Source of the DNA: Raja brachyura
Taxonomy: Eukaryota
Direction: 5' to 3'
Assembly: GCA_963514005.1 (NCBI GenBank)
Contig: OY740821.1
Coordinates: forward strand, 12,462,001-12,526,000
Length of the DNA stretch: 64,000 nucleotides
Positions 36,502 through 49,648 of this stretch are shown here, piece by piece (positions within the stretch are counted from its first letter, which is position 1; each line of letters opens with the position of its first letter). Under the pieces are notes generated by a model. It searched no databases. It was given only the letters and a program-made list of their open reading frames with translations, and had not been told where the DNA came from. The position numbers were made by a program, and so were the translations under genes.

Positions 36502-38885
36502 GCAACCAGGGGTTGGTAACCCGCAAGGATTCCACCCGAGAGGCAAACCAGCTAATCAACAGCAACAGTGGCAGCAGCAGTTAATACAAAGGCTTCCTGG
36601 GCAGACCCGTTTCCAGCAACCTGAATCTTTGCATGTGAACAGGCCTGGAATGACAATGCAAATGAACAGCACAGCTGGGCTTAACCCTAGAATTGCCACT
36701 CAAATCACTTTTCAAAATGCACAACAGCAAATTGTAGCTTCTCCAATTCCGGTGAGTCCTCAGTATATAGAACTGAGGCACAATTCCCAACGATTACCCA
36801 TTGGTACCCAACTGGTACAGCGTGGTCCCCAGCCAAGACCACGCCTTCCATTACCAAATCAAGAAATTGGTTCATTTGTGCATCAAATGCAGGGGTGCAA
36901 GGTCATATCAAGAGGTCCAAGTACACCTTTGCCACAGTCACCAGTTGGGATAACGCTCTTACCCCAGCAGAATATTTCTGCTCCATTGCCATCTTCACCT
37001 CATTCGGTGGAAGTATCAAGTGCCCATCAGCACATCCAGACAAAAGATCCATTGGCATCTACAGTACAGGGTGAAGCACAACAGACATTTCAGACTAGTT
37101 CATCGACTACAACGTCCACTTCAAGTTGCAGCACTGACGCCTTGAAGGATAACACGGTACCTTTTCCACTTAACTCTGTCTCATCCATCTCCAGTGTAGT
37201 CAGACAGCACACCGAGTTAGATCCTCGGAAGATCTCTTGCGATGATTCTGTTGTAAAAGCTTTGGATGAAGAACTTGATTCACCAAAAGAGCTGGATGAA
37301 GAAGATGACCTTGCCAATTTGAGTCTTGACCCAGACAGTAAGACAGATGATGAACTTGGTAACCTTGATAATCTAGAAACCAATGATCCCCACCTCGATG
37401 ACCTTCTGAAATGCGAGGAATTTGATCTGTTAGCTTATACTGACCCCGAGCTAGACACTGGTGACAAAAAGGACATATTTACCGAACAACTGCGTTTAGT
37501 AGAATCTGCAAATGAGAAAGCAGAAGAAAATCAGGATATCCTAGCGGATCAGGATGCTGTTGGCCCAGCTGGTGAATGTACAACTGATAATATCAGCCGC
37601 TCTGACACAGAAAAGACTGCGAAGGAAGAAGAGAATGAAAAAGCAAAAACTAAATCTGATATTGCAGATACTCTATCCACTTCTGATAGGATTACTTGTG
37701 AGTCGGTGAATAATGTCAACTCTGAAACGATCACTAACAGTCAATGCAGTGATCCAACCACTAGGGCTCCGTCTACTGATAATTCTCCAAAGCCTACTCT
37801 TGACTTGGTATTGAAGGTTGAAGAGAATGTTTCCCAAAATTCAGCTTGCCAGTTTGTTGCAAATACTTCGACGGCTCAGACCGTTCTGATAAAACCGGAA
37901 AGCCCACCGAAGGGGGACGATGAGAGGGGAGCCGTGTCAATGCTACTCAATCTGGGTACTGGACTTAACGTCAACACAAGTGTAGCACTGTGTCAGAGTT
38001 CTACATGTACTACCAGTGGAACACAGACATCTACTCAAAGTGGTACGGTTGTTTCAGGTAGTCATGGGACTCCACGGATGCCTAACAATGAGCATTCTAA
38101 TATGGATTTAGAAAGTGTTCCGTGCACATCTTCAACCCAGATAATTTCCAAGTTGCCACTGGTCGTCCAGTCTCGGCCATCATTGGCTAAATTTGGACTT
38201 GATGAAATGTGTCAACATGTGCCCAGTATGGAACCGAAACGCCGGTCTGTGGATGACCTTGTCAAAGTGGAGAGCTCTTTGGAGGCAAGTGAACTTCCAC
38301 TACTTCTCCATGATTTACTTGAACAAGAGAAAATGGAACTGCAGCAGCAGCAGCAGCAGCAGCAGTTGGGAGGATCGCAGTGTATATCTGCTCAACAGCA
38401 GCAGCATTCAGGACCAAAGGCCCACCTTCCAGTTCTGCATCAGCAGCAACAGCTTGAGGTTTCACATCAGCCGACTCATCCAGGGCTCTCCCAACATCTT
38501 CCAACATCACAGCAGTCGCAGCATCTTGAGGGGCCACCTCAGAATTTAAACCTGCCACAGCCACATATCCTAGGGGTGATACAGCATCATCAGTTGGGGA
38601 TCCCAAGATCCCTTGCATCTTCACAGCAGCAACAATTGACAGCATCACAGCAGCGCCTTGGAGCCTCACCACATGTAGCCATGCCCCAACAGCAGCAGCA
38701 TGTGGCAACAGGGCAACATCCAACACAGCAGATAGTGGCCTCACAGCAGAGTCAACATTTGACCTCACCGCAGTTATTGCCAGCTCAGCAGTTGGCTGTA
38801 TCGCAAATGGGCATCATGCAGCAGACGCAGCAAGTTGTGATGCAACAGCAGCAACAGTTAGCCAATGCTTTCTTCCCAGATACAG
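36502..38885 (+). CDS. KMT2D: KMT2D large exon (ex34 equivalent): QYIELRHN, NLETNDPHLDDLL, EFDLLAYTDPELDTGDKKDIF, polyQ, ending FFPDT
   Basis: ttccag|G CAA...ACA G|gtacag; 2,384 nt; contains most of ORF 36629..38917. Confidence 0.96.
38342..38365 (+). repeat. Coding (CAG)8 polyglutamine tract
   Basis: Pure CAG x8 encoding ELQQQQQQQQLG. Confidence 0.95.
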
Positions 38886-38994
38886 GTACAGTAGGTAATG
38901 AGCAAGCTTACAAATAATGTCGGCTTCCTTCTGGTTGGCCGTTAATGGCGGCTGCACTGAATTAGCAATAGAAATGTCAAGCTCTGGTCTTCAT

Positions 38995-39232
38995 GATTCC
39001 TTGTTCAGGTGGTCAGTAAAAATCCCATGTCACTGTGTCTTGGCTAATATTCCCCTTGGAATCATCACCAAACGTAGACTGTAACCTATCATAGATCTCA
39101 AAGCTGTTTAAGGGATCTTGTGGTGCGCAAAATGCTGTTGCAATTACCATCACTGTGCTTCAAAGTAATGTACGTGAAGTGCTTTGAGACATTTCTGAGA
39201 GACACGATAATGCGCTATGTAGAAGCAAGGGA
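38995..39232 (+). mobile_element. Deu-domain SINE fragment
   Basis: GTAAAAATCCCATGTCACT...GGGATCTTGTGGTGCGCAAAATGCTG...GTGAAGTGCTTTGAGACATT. Confidence 0.65.
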
Positions 39233-41670
39233 CTCTGTTTACTTGTTTAATTTCAATTGCTGTTGTGCAGAAAGTAGGTTAGGATGGGCTTTTGTGTTCC
39301 TTTTTAAAACCTGTTTTGTTAACCTCCAACTATTCAAAGTTCATTTGTGCTTTGCAATGCTATTTAATCACATTTCACATTATTGTGTGAATGAAAATGA
39401 TAGCATTGAATAATTTGAAGAAATTACCATTAACAAATGGAGGCAACAGATTTAAAAAGAAAACCTGCAAAATATAAGAAAATACACACATTAGCATCTT
39501 ATCAGAGCTCTGCTTCTGGATTGACTACGATTAACTGAATACACAAGTGGAGCTTGTGTGTATTCTGGATGCATTGCAGATCAATCATAGGAATTCATTT
39601 GCTTCAATCCAGTTCATTTTTCATTCTTCCTCCTCCTCCACATACTATAGGAGAATTGCCTATTTTTGTATGCTCTCAGGAAACCATGTGTCATGTTTGC
39701 TCACAAAAAAAGTTACCATGATGTTGCAGAAAGGTGATGCTTGGAACGATTGCCCTTGCAACATGTGAACTTCTCGGAACTGTTTCATCGTACCGCTTCC
39801 GTCTTTCTCAATTGTATATTCTGTACTCTTCATATCACGTGCTGGTCTACAGAAATGTCGACAGGCGTCTCCTCAGGTCTAGGTTTGATGAGAGAGTGTT
39901 AAACATTTTTGTTCTAGTTTGTTCAGGTTATTTATAGCATGTTTTTTTTTTTAAGTTCAATGGGCTAGCACACAGTCAAAACACAATGTTGTCCCTTTCA
40001 GCTGCTGTTTGGAGAAGACTATGTTCTTTAGTTTTATTTTGGAGTGAAAAAGTTCAAAGTTTGATGCTTTGCAAAAAAGGTTCATCTATGGAATGTGCAA
40101 ATTGCCTCAGCTGGTCATATACATTGGGAGTTTTTGGGGGGGGTTTCAGTAACTTGTGATTAGGGACTGGTGTTTCCCTCTGATATTGGGTATCGTGTAA
40201 GATGTTAACCTGAACTGGTGCTATCAGGAGTGTAGGCTGAAGCTTGACCTGTGAGTTTCAGGCAGCAATGCTGCCACTGGGTTAATGGCATTGTTCTTGT
40301 TCTTTAGATTATACAGCAACATCAGTGCTTCTTTGACTGTGATTATGGGAAAAAAATTGCTCGGAACACATGAGTGATAAACACATGAGTGAAGCAATCA
40401 CTACGAACCTTTATGCTGATCATACTGTTTTCAAACTGACTCGTGTTGGTTGCATCCATCTCAGTGCCCGTGATAATGCAACAAAACAAAATTAACTCAG
40501 CGGTTTCATGAATGGGGGAGGACATCTGCCCTGATTCCTCCATCAGGCTAATCACATTTTCAGTCGCCCATTCTCATTTGCTGACTTTGGTGATTGTGGT
40601 ATTGATGCTTGCTCCTTAAACATGCAGCAGTTATCATAAATGTTCATGGGTTTCGAGAACTACTTCATGGCCAAGCAACCTTTTGTCTGCTAAACCTGAT
40701 TAGAGGGTACATCATTAACCCTGGTCTCAATATCAAATCCATGGCTTTCAATGTAGTGGTCCACAAACTGGTACCTGCATTTAATATGACTTCCTTTAAT
40801 ATTATGATGGATATCGCTTCTGATTAATGAGGCAGATGTAGGACCTATGGAAATTTGATTAAAACTAGAAGCTGACAGAAAATGAATAGTTTTACAGGAA
40901 TGCATAGGAAAAAAAGCAGGATCCTTTGAGATCTCCCGTCCCTCAACAAAGCAGCTATGAAAAAGCCATTCATAACTGCAGTTCTTTGTTTGCAGCCCAG
41001 GTTTGCTTACAGGCTTCTGAACGATAATCCATTTCTAGACATCTCTCGATGATTATGGATTGCTGAATACTGCATGCGCATTGGAACTTCCTGCAGGAAT
41101 TTGCAGCCCCATTGAGATTATTCGTCATTTCTGAAATGCATCCCCAGGGAGCCGTAACATAATGCAATATTTAGGCACTATCATGTTAGCAGGACTGTCA
41201 GACGCAAGACAAAGTGTGAGCATTGTGGACTTGAGAATGAGGTTGCTCCAGTTGCGAGGGAGTAGACATGTACTGCGTGTAGTTTGTTCAAAAATGAATG
41301 CACTGTACTAAACCTCAAATGTGCAGGATGTCACAAGTGGCAGATGTAGTGCAAGACATTTCCTGTTAGCATGTCGATGATTGTGGCGGATCTCTGTTTT
41401 TGGCTCTCAAGATACTATTCCTAAGATCGCCCACACAGTCCATAGGCAGGATAGGTAGGGAGCTCCAGTTTCCTCCCACAAGATGCGTGGTTAGGAGGTT
41501 AATTGACCCGAGTGTGTAGGTGAGGGATAGAATAGGTGAGGTGTGCAAGGGTGGGGCAGGGAAGGAGTTGTTGAGAATGTGGAAAGAATATAGAATAGGA
41601 TTCATTGAGGATTAGTGTTGATGGCAGTTGACGCTACGTATGGACTACTTTGGCTAAAAGGCTAGTGTCA

Positions 41671-42332
41671 GTTCTGTATTTCTTTCTATAATGCCATGTT
41701 AAGCAGATCTTGTTCTTCAGGATCTAGGCATCATTGCTAAGGTAAGGCCAGCATTTATTGTTTGAACATAGTGGCTTACAAAGCAATTTAAGAATCAACC
41801 ACCCTGATGGGTCTGATAACATATATAGTCATGTCAGGATGACAACAGTCTTTGACCTGAAGCATTAACTGTACCTGAAGCTGAGTGTTTCCAATATTTT
41901 TAGCTATTATCTCCAGATTTCCTCCCTTGAAGGACGTTAGTGGATCAGGTGCTTTTTTTGCCACAATCTAGTAGATTCATATTATTAAGACTTACTGTAT
42001 TTATTGTTCTGTATTTCTTTCTATAATGCCATGTTAAGCAGATCTTGTTCTTCAGGATCTAGGCATCATTGGTAAGGCCAGCATTTATTGTTTGAACATA
42101 GTGGTTTACGAAGTAATTTAAGAATCAACCACCCTGATGGGTCTGATAACATATATAGTCATGTCAGGATGACAACAGTCTTTGACCTGAAGCATTAACT
42201 GTACCTGAAGCTAAGTGCTTCCAATATTTTTAGCTATTATATCTCCAGATTTCCTCCCTTGAAGGACGTTGGTGGATTAAGTGCTTTTTTGCCACAATCT
42301 AGTAGATTCATATTATTAAGACTTACTGTATT
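41671..42332. repeat. Tandem duplication, 2 x ~335 bp (41671-42001 and 42006-42332)
   Basis: Both copies begin GTTCTGTATTTCTTTCTATAATGCC and end TTAAGACTTACTGTATT, with few differences. Confidence 0.95.
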
Positions 42333-42999
42333 GCTTCTCTCCCCTCCCCCTGGTCCACCTTTTAAAAATGAATAAATAACACCTTTAATTGATTTTAAAT
42401 TCCACAAGTTCCATGCTAGGATTTAAATTCTGCTCTCTGAATTGTTAGTCCATGCCTCTGACTTATTTGATGTAATTTAATGACCGTGCTACTGCATAGT
42501 TCAATGTCCTCAAGGTCTGGACCATACGTAACTATCCCAAAACAATGTGCTTGACTCTTAACTGATCTTTAAAATGGTTGAGCAAACGGTTAAAATGTCA
42601 CAAAATTAAAAATAGGCCGCAAGTGATGCCTTCATCAGTGTCCGCTTCCCGTGAATTAATTTGAAAGAAAGTGCGTTGTTTAAATTGAGGATGTCTTGCA
42701 CGCATGGGCATTAGACACACACTCATTTTTATCGACACACATATTTCTGTTGTTTTTTTCCATATTCCATGAGTTCGTTAATAGTTGTAAAGGTCAAACC
42801 AGGCTATATGCAGTGCCCTCCATAATGTTTTGGACAAAAACCCATCTTTTTTTTTTTTTGCCTCTGTACTCCACAATTTGAGCTTTGTAATAGAAAAAAA
42901 TCACATGTGGTTAAAGTGCACATTGTAAAATTTTAATAGAGGCCATTTTGATACATTTTGGTTTCACCATGTAGAAATTACAGTACTGTTTATACATAG

Positions 43000-43622
43000 A
43001 AACATAGATATTAGGTGCAGGAGTAGGCCATTCGGCCCTTCGAGCCTGCACCGCCATTCAATATGATCATGGCTGATCATCCAACTCAGTATCCTGTACC
43101 TGCCTTCTCTCCATGCCCTCTGATCCCCTTAGCCACAAGGGCCACATCTAACTCCCTCTTAAATATAGCCAATGAACTGGCCTCAACTCCCCCCTGTGGC
43201 AGAGAGTTCCAAAGACCCACCACTCTCTGTGTGAAAAAAGTCCTTCTCATCTCGGTCCTAAAGGATTTCCCCCTTATCCTTAAGTTGTGACCCCTTGTCC
43301 TGGACCTCCCCAACATCGGGAACAATCTTCCTGCATCTAGCCTGTCCAACCCCTTAAGAATTTTGTAAGTTTCTGTAAGATCCCCTCTCAATCTCCTAAA
43401 TTCTAGAGAGTATAAACTGAGTATGCAGTCTTTGTTCATAAGACAGTCCTGACATCCCAGGAATCAGTCTGGTGAACCTTCTCTGCACTCTATGGCAATA
43501 ATTTCCTTCCTCAGATTTGGAGACCAGAACTGCACGCAATACTCCAGGTGTGGTCTCACCAAGACCCTATACAACTGAAGTAGAACCTCCCTGCTCCTAT
43601 ACTCAAATCCTTTTGCTATGAA
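43000..43622 (-). mobile_element. Young CR1 LINE, 5'-truncated, nested in the Tc1 left TIR
   Basis: ORFs [19 protein letters not shown] and LYSLEFRRLRGDL...FFTQRVVGLWNSLP. Confidence 0.94.
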
Positions 43623-43723
43623 GGACTTGCTACATAGTTCCCCCCCCCCCCCCCCCCCCCCAAATTTCAGAGCACCATAATGTTTGTGATACAGCAATGT
43701 CATGTAAATGAAAGTAGTCATAT

Positions 43724-44703
43724 TTAGTATTTTGTTGCATATCCTTTGCATGCAATGACTGCTTGAAGTCTGTGATTCATGGACATCACCAGTTGCTGGG
43801 TGTCTTTTCTGGTGATGCTCTGCCAGGCCTATATTGCAGCCATTGTTAGCTTATGCTTGTTTTGGGGGCTAGTCCCCTTCAGTTTTCTCTTCAGCATATC
43901 AAAGGCATGCTCAATTGGGATCAGATTGGGTGATTTACTTGGCCAATCAAGAATTGACCATTTTTTAGCTTTGAAAAACTCCTCTGTTGCTTTATTTGAG
44001 GCATTTGTCTGAGGTTGAGCAGATAGGATGTGTCTATACACTTCAGAATTCATTATGCTACTACCATCAGCAGTTGTATCATCAATGAAGATAAGTGAGC
44101 CAGTACCTTCAGCAGCCATACATGCCCAGGCGATAACACCCCCACCATCGTGTTTCACAAATGAGGTGGTGTGCTTTGGATCTTGGGCAGTTCCTTCTCT
44201 CCTCCATACTTTGCTCTTGCCGTCACTCTGATATAAGTTCATCTTTGTCTCATCTGTCCACGACCTTTTTCCAGAACTGTGGTTGCTCTTTTAAGTATTT
44301 ATTGGCAAACTGTATCTAGGCCATCCTATTTTTGCAGCTAGCCATTCGTTTGCATATTGCAGTGTAGCCTCTGTATTTCTGTTCATGAAGTCTTCTGCGG
44401 ACAGTGGTCATTGACAAATCCACACCCGACTTCTGAAGAGTTTCCGATCTGTCGGGCAGGTGTTTGGGGATTTTTCTTTATTATAGAGAGCATTCTTGTG
44501 TCATCGGCTGTGGAGGTCTTCCTTGGCCTGCCAGTCTCATTGCGATTAGTAACCTCACCAGTGCTCTCTTTCTTCTCAATGAGGTTCCAAGCAGTTGATT
44601 TTGGTAAGCCCAATGTTCGGCTGATGTTTCTAACAGTATTATTCTTGTTTCTCACTCGCATAATGGCTTCTTTGACTTTCATTGGCACAACTTTGGTCCT
44701 CAT
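43724..44703 (-). pseudogene. Tc1 transposase pseudogene (frameshifted, segment with the second catalytic Asp deleted)
   Basis: Paired-like HTH with GRPRKT; WTDETKMNL; KHDGGGVIAWAC; WPSKSPNLIPIEH; C-terminal GYATKY*; the usual QQDNDPKH block is missing. Confidence 0.9.
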
Positions 44704-45182
44704 TTTGATAAACAGCAATAAAAGTTTCCAAAGATGATGGAACGACTGGAGGAAAGATTAGGTGCTGAGAGTTCTCTTATACCTGCATTAAGGAGGCACT
44801 TAGACCTGAGCAATTACAAATACCTGTGAAGCAAGATGTCCCAAACATTATGGTGCCCTGAAATGGGGGGACTAAGTATAAACACAGCGGTAATTTCTAC
44901 ATGGTGAAACCAAAAAGTTTAAAAACAGCCTAAAATAAAATCTGACAGTGTGCACTTTAACCACATGTGATTTTTTTCTATTACAAATCTCAAAGTGTGG
45001 AGGCAAATAAATAAATGATGGGTCTTTGTCCCAAACATTATGGATGGCACTGTAAATGATATACTGGAAAGACATTTGTTAGCCTGGGGGATTCCCTATA
45101 TTGTGCAATATTCTTGTTTGAAATCAGCCTGACAAGATGTGGAGAATGAGGAAAGGAGGTCTCCGGGAATGAGATGGACTTG

Positions 45183-45248
45183 GGGTACACAAAATGCTGG
45201 AGAAACTCAGCGGGTACAGCAGCATCTATGGAGCGAAGGAAATAGGCT
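45183..45248 (-). mobile_element. Penelope terminal-repeat fragment
   Basis: Near reverse complement of 27469-27533. Confidence 0.75.
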
Positions 45249-46254
45249 TGGGGTGACTTGCTAGTTTTTGAAAATTCAAAATTAAGCCACTGCTGCTTGG
45301 TATATTGGTATAGTCTTAAGGCAGGGCAGATTATTTTCCTTTGAGATACAGATAAATGAACATCTAGCTTGGCTTAGAATCTGTAGTGATAAGTATGTGT
45401 CTGGCAACTGTAATTTTACCTGGTCATGTCTAAATAGTTTCCCTTTGCATTTGCACTGCTTGACTGATTCATTGACAGTTCTAATAACATTCATTAAAAA
45501 AGGAACTTTTATAGCAGACGACAGGCAAGCATTTTACCCTATGTTCAAGGGGGGAAAGAAAAAGAGATCAAGGGAATTGTAACAACATTTCTTCCTCTTT
45601 GAATTTCTGCACCAGGTCGGAGATTGTCAAATTCAGGATACTTTCTGCTTGCTGAAGTGGGACAGGCGATTCATTTTGTGTTGAGCACCACAGGTTTATT
45701 ATGTTTCTGCTTGATTACTCTTTGAAATTCCTTGGGTGCAAATCTGTTAAAACATGGCACATAGGACACGCAGCTAACTTCAACGTACTGTAAAATTCTC
45801 ATCTCGTGATCGTCTTAGTCTTGGCTTTCTAAATATTGTATCTTAAATTATTTTTTTGTTAAATGCATTTCATGCTGGCGTTGTTTTTGTTAGTAGTATT
45901 CTATCTCTATCAATTGATTAGGACTTTTCTGCCAATTAGCAAATGTTTGATGCTCACAATTGATTGGGTTTTTAAAATTCTGTTCATAGTCAGTGAACCA
46001 AACTCTTGTTCAAAAATTGTAGAAAGAAGTGCACCTCTTTTAAGTAGGACAGTTATTCGAACATCTGATGCGTTATTGGAAGAAACTCTGAGAGTCTAAA
46101 TCACCTGCAGTCAGCATAGATTTATTAAAAAAAGATCATGCCTGACTACCTTTAATTTTTGAGGCAGTTATAAAGGTGGTCTTATTAATCACAATTCCTA
46201 TAATAAAGATGAAGGTTCAGAGAATATTTTAGAATTTATTTACCCCCATTCGGT

Positions 46255-46560
46255 AGTTGTGCCAATGGGATGAGCAGAGCCACCGACTCTCAGTTACAGC
46301 AACACTGATCCTGACCTCTGATGCTTTCTCTGTGGAGTTTACATGTTCATCCAGTGACTGCATGTGTTTCCTTCCACATTCCAATGATGTGCCAATTGGT
46401 AGTTTAATTGGCTGCTGTAAATTGCTCCAAGCACATTGGTGAGTGGTCGAATCTTGGAGGAGTTGATGGGAATGTGGAGAGAATAAACTTGGAGTAATAT
46501 AGCGTTGGTGTAGGGGTTTGATAGTTGACGGACTTGGTGGGCCACAGGGCCTGTTTTGGC
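46255..46560 (+). mobile_element. Degenerate V-SINE
   Basis: GATCCTGACCTC..TGTGGAGTTTACATGTT..CCACATTCCAATGATGTGC..TTAATTGGCTGCTGTAAATTG. Confidence 0.7.
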
Positions 46561-47211
46561 CAGCGCCACTCTAGAAACGATAGCTGTAGAAATTGGAGAT
46601 TTTGTCTGTCAGGGATATGGACTATTTGGTTTCCAATTACATTAAATGTTAGTTCTGTGCTTTTTGTTTCTGGAAAATTGCATAGTTTGCTGGCAAACTG
46701 ACATCAAAGTACCTTTGCAAATTTCTTACCTATCATCATGTCTTGTTCAGGTGAGTTTAATGATACTCCATTTTTGCAACCTCGGCTTTTCCATGTTTTT
46801 AAACTTTATTTTCTCCTGTCTGGTATTTGTAAGGCTTGTTTAAATAAAAGATAAGTTTGTTCTGGCATTTTGGGGAGTAGTCCAATAGTTCAGTTTGCCA
46901 CTTGTGACCCAACCAGTTAGATCATTCTGTGATTCCGATCAAACCTTATCGGAAAACTCCAAAAACTCTCAGTCCTTTGATCTTGCATATGTCATTATTT
47001 CCATCATTTTGCCCAAGTACATGTGTGATCAATAGCCCACGTTTAGCATATTTACTGAAGCAAAACAGGCTGCTGAAGGTGGCTGTTCCAACTTGAAGTC
47101 CACCTTAGCCAATCCTATGCTGAAATTCCCAGTAACGATCATTTTGATAATTCAGAGTGGCAGTTTCTCTTAACCTTTTTGTTGCGTTCATTGTTACATC
47201 ACATGTATGTC

Positions 47212-48335
47212 GTCAAGTTGAGTTTATTGCCATATGCACATGTATGGTGAGTTACAGATACAATGAAAATCTTTGTTGCAGCTGCATCACAGTCACGTAG
47301 ACTCAGACAGCTCACAACATAAATAATACATAAATTACTGAAATTCTGCAAGACTGGATAAAGACTGCAAAAAACAAGACATCAGTGCAACCACACAATT
47401 AGAAAACAAGTCCATGGTAGTGCAAGAGGTGGTCCGTGGTGTAAGATTAGGGTTGTGCAGGTCGGTGCAAGAACCCGATGGCTGTGGGAAAGTAGCCGTT
47501 CCTGAACCTGGTGATGTGGGACCCTGGGCTTCTGAACCTCTCACCAGATGAGAGCAGCGCCCTGTATAAGTGCTTGCAATGGTGGGGCAGGCTATGCCCA
47601 TTACCGATTGGGATTAATCTACCATCCGCTGCAGCCTTGTGCATTCGAATTGCTGTGGAATGGACCAGAGTTTAAATCTCTCCACCACTGACCCACCAAT
47701 GAAAATTGCACAAGAACTCCCAACTTTCTGAAGTCAACAATTAGTTCCTTGTTCCAGTGTTTCTGTCTGTCTCCTGCATGCTGGCTCATCATTTCTGTGA
47801 TTCGGCCAATAGCAGTGTTGCCGTCAGTAAATTTGTAGATGGCATTTGAGTTGTGCTTAGCCACACAGTCATGGATGTGAAGAGATTAGAGCAGGGGGCT
47901 GAGTACACAGAGGTATACCTTTGTTAGGAAGGCGGAGGAGAGGTTGTTTCCAATGCGCACTGATTGAGCTCTGCAGATGTGGATCCAGTTGCAGTAGGAG
48001 GTACAGAGGCCCATGTCTTGGAGCTTAGTAATAGAGTTTGAGCGGGATAATTGTGTTGAACTGTAGCTGCAGTCGATGAACAACAGCTTGACATTGTGTT
48101 CCTGATATCCAGATGGTCCAGAGCAGAATGGAGAGCAGTGAGACGGCATTTGCTGTGACTCGTAGCAATTGGCAAATTGAAAGTGAGCCAGGTCGTTTCT
48201 GAGGCAGGAATTAACTTGCACCATAACCATCATTTTGAAGCATTTAATTGTGGCGATTGTAAGGCAGGTTATTATGCTCCTCTTGGTCATGGATGCCCTT
48301 CTGAAGCAGTTGGGAACCTCTGGCCGCTGAATCAA
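47212..48335 (-). mobile_element. Rex1/Babar-type LINE, degenerate reverse transcriptase and 3' end
   Basis: Minus-strand fragments ALHSALDHLD, KLLFID, KFTDG.T, KELIVDFRK, TRFRNGYFP. Confidence 0.85.
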
Positions 48336-48535
48336 GATGAATACAAGATTGTGAAGTGTGGAGTCAAGAACATTTTGTTGATGCCACCAAGCTTTGTGCT
48401 GAAGGAATAACGTGCAAAGGTGTTAATAGTATCTCGCATGAAGCATTTAATGATCATTACCCGATTTGCCCTTCCAGGAGAAATATGTAGCATCAGAAAG
48501 TCTTGACTTTTAATCAGAAAGTCTTGACTTGTTGA

Positions 48536-48721
48536 TTATGTGAAATTGGTGCTCTGTTTGGATAATTCCTTAACAGTAAGAGCAGTTTCTCTTTCTGATC
48601 TTTTGTTGTCCATGAGACTTCTAATCTCCCAGGTCATGACAGCCAAAGATATGAATTTATCTTGACAGCTGGCATGAGTAGTCTGGTTGACTGCATTTTT
48701 TGGGTAAGCTGTGCACGGCAT
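48536..48721 (-). mobile_element. RTE-clade LINE endonuclease N-terminal remnant
   Basis: TWEIRSLMDNKRSERETALTVKEL resembles the RTE motif WNVRTL.D....RRTAL..EL. Confidence 0.55.
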
Positions 48722-49224
48722 TTGTCTGAACCCATTGCCAATTGTTTTAATGCTTCTCCGTTGCCATTTACTTACGCTATTGAGAAAGGAAAGAATAACA
48801 AAAGGCAGTGGGAAAAGTTAGCAATGTTTTTGTACAGTATTTTTGCAAAGAATCCAGTGGACAACCTCAGATGGATTGGATCAACAGAGCACCGCAGCTC
48901 TCAAGAACATCTTCAAATTAATGGACAGTCCTAATGCCCACCACTCCCTTCAAAAGAGGCTCCCCTTTGTGTCATCGAGCACAAGAGGAAACATTTTTGC
49001 CCGTATAATCTCATGTGTCTCTCTGGAAGATGGAATGCTACTCTCCTATTCATTCCCTGTATCCCCGCAAATGTTGCATTTAAAAATACATATCCACCAA
49101 GTTTCAGTTGAATTCCTTTTAATCATATTTTCCAATTGTACATTCCAGATCATGTATTTGTATTTAAAGGAATTTTTCTACAATGCACTCTGAGTGTTTT
49201 GTTTTTGTCTTAATGAAAGTCTTA

Positions 49225-49648
49225 AGGGCCTGTCCCACTTGGGCTATTTTTTAGGCGACTAGGCTGTCGCCACACGGCCGCCGGGGTGTCGCCTGTACAG
49301 TCGTGAGTCGTCTCCACAGTCACCCAACGTAGCGTCTTACTAGTCGCAGCTGGATTTTCAACATGTTGAAAAGTTTTCAGAGACAGTCATCGACAGTGGG
49401 TTTGACTCCAATGAGCGTAGCTTGACTTCTCCTGACGTAGGTGCTGTCGTAGTTGTCGCCAGGTTAACGGAGGTTGCCGCCAGGTTAATGTAGGTTGTCG
49501 CCGGTGCTGACTTCATTTTTTTTGTTGTTGTTAAAGTAATGATTCTATTTCAAATTTTATGTCGTGGGGGGGGTCCAGTCGCCGGGTTTTCGACGACCTG
49601 CTACGACTATGGCAGTCGCCTAAAAATAGTCAAAGTGGGACAGGCCCT
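49225..49648. mobile_element. PIF/Harbinger-type MITE
   Basis: TIR AGGGCCTGTCCCACTT..CTATTTTT-AGGCGACT / AGTCGCCTAAAAATAG..AAGTGGGACAGGCCCT; TTA target duplication on both sides; CpG-rich non-coding interior. Confidence 0.88.

Larger units (their letters stand above)
42811..45052 (-). mobile_element. Tc1-family DNA transposon with long IR/DR-type terminal inverted repeats, inactive
   Basis: CAGTGCCCTCCATAATGTTT... at left, ...AAACATTATGGATGGCACTG|TA at right; inner repeats of CCATAATGTTTG near 43675 and 44840-44855. Confidence 0.93.

Noticed and set aside
48492-48530. 18-bp direct repeat ATCAGAAAGTCTTGACTT x2
   Set aside because: A small local duplication beside a LINE remnant with no sign of function.
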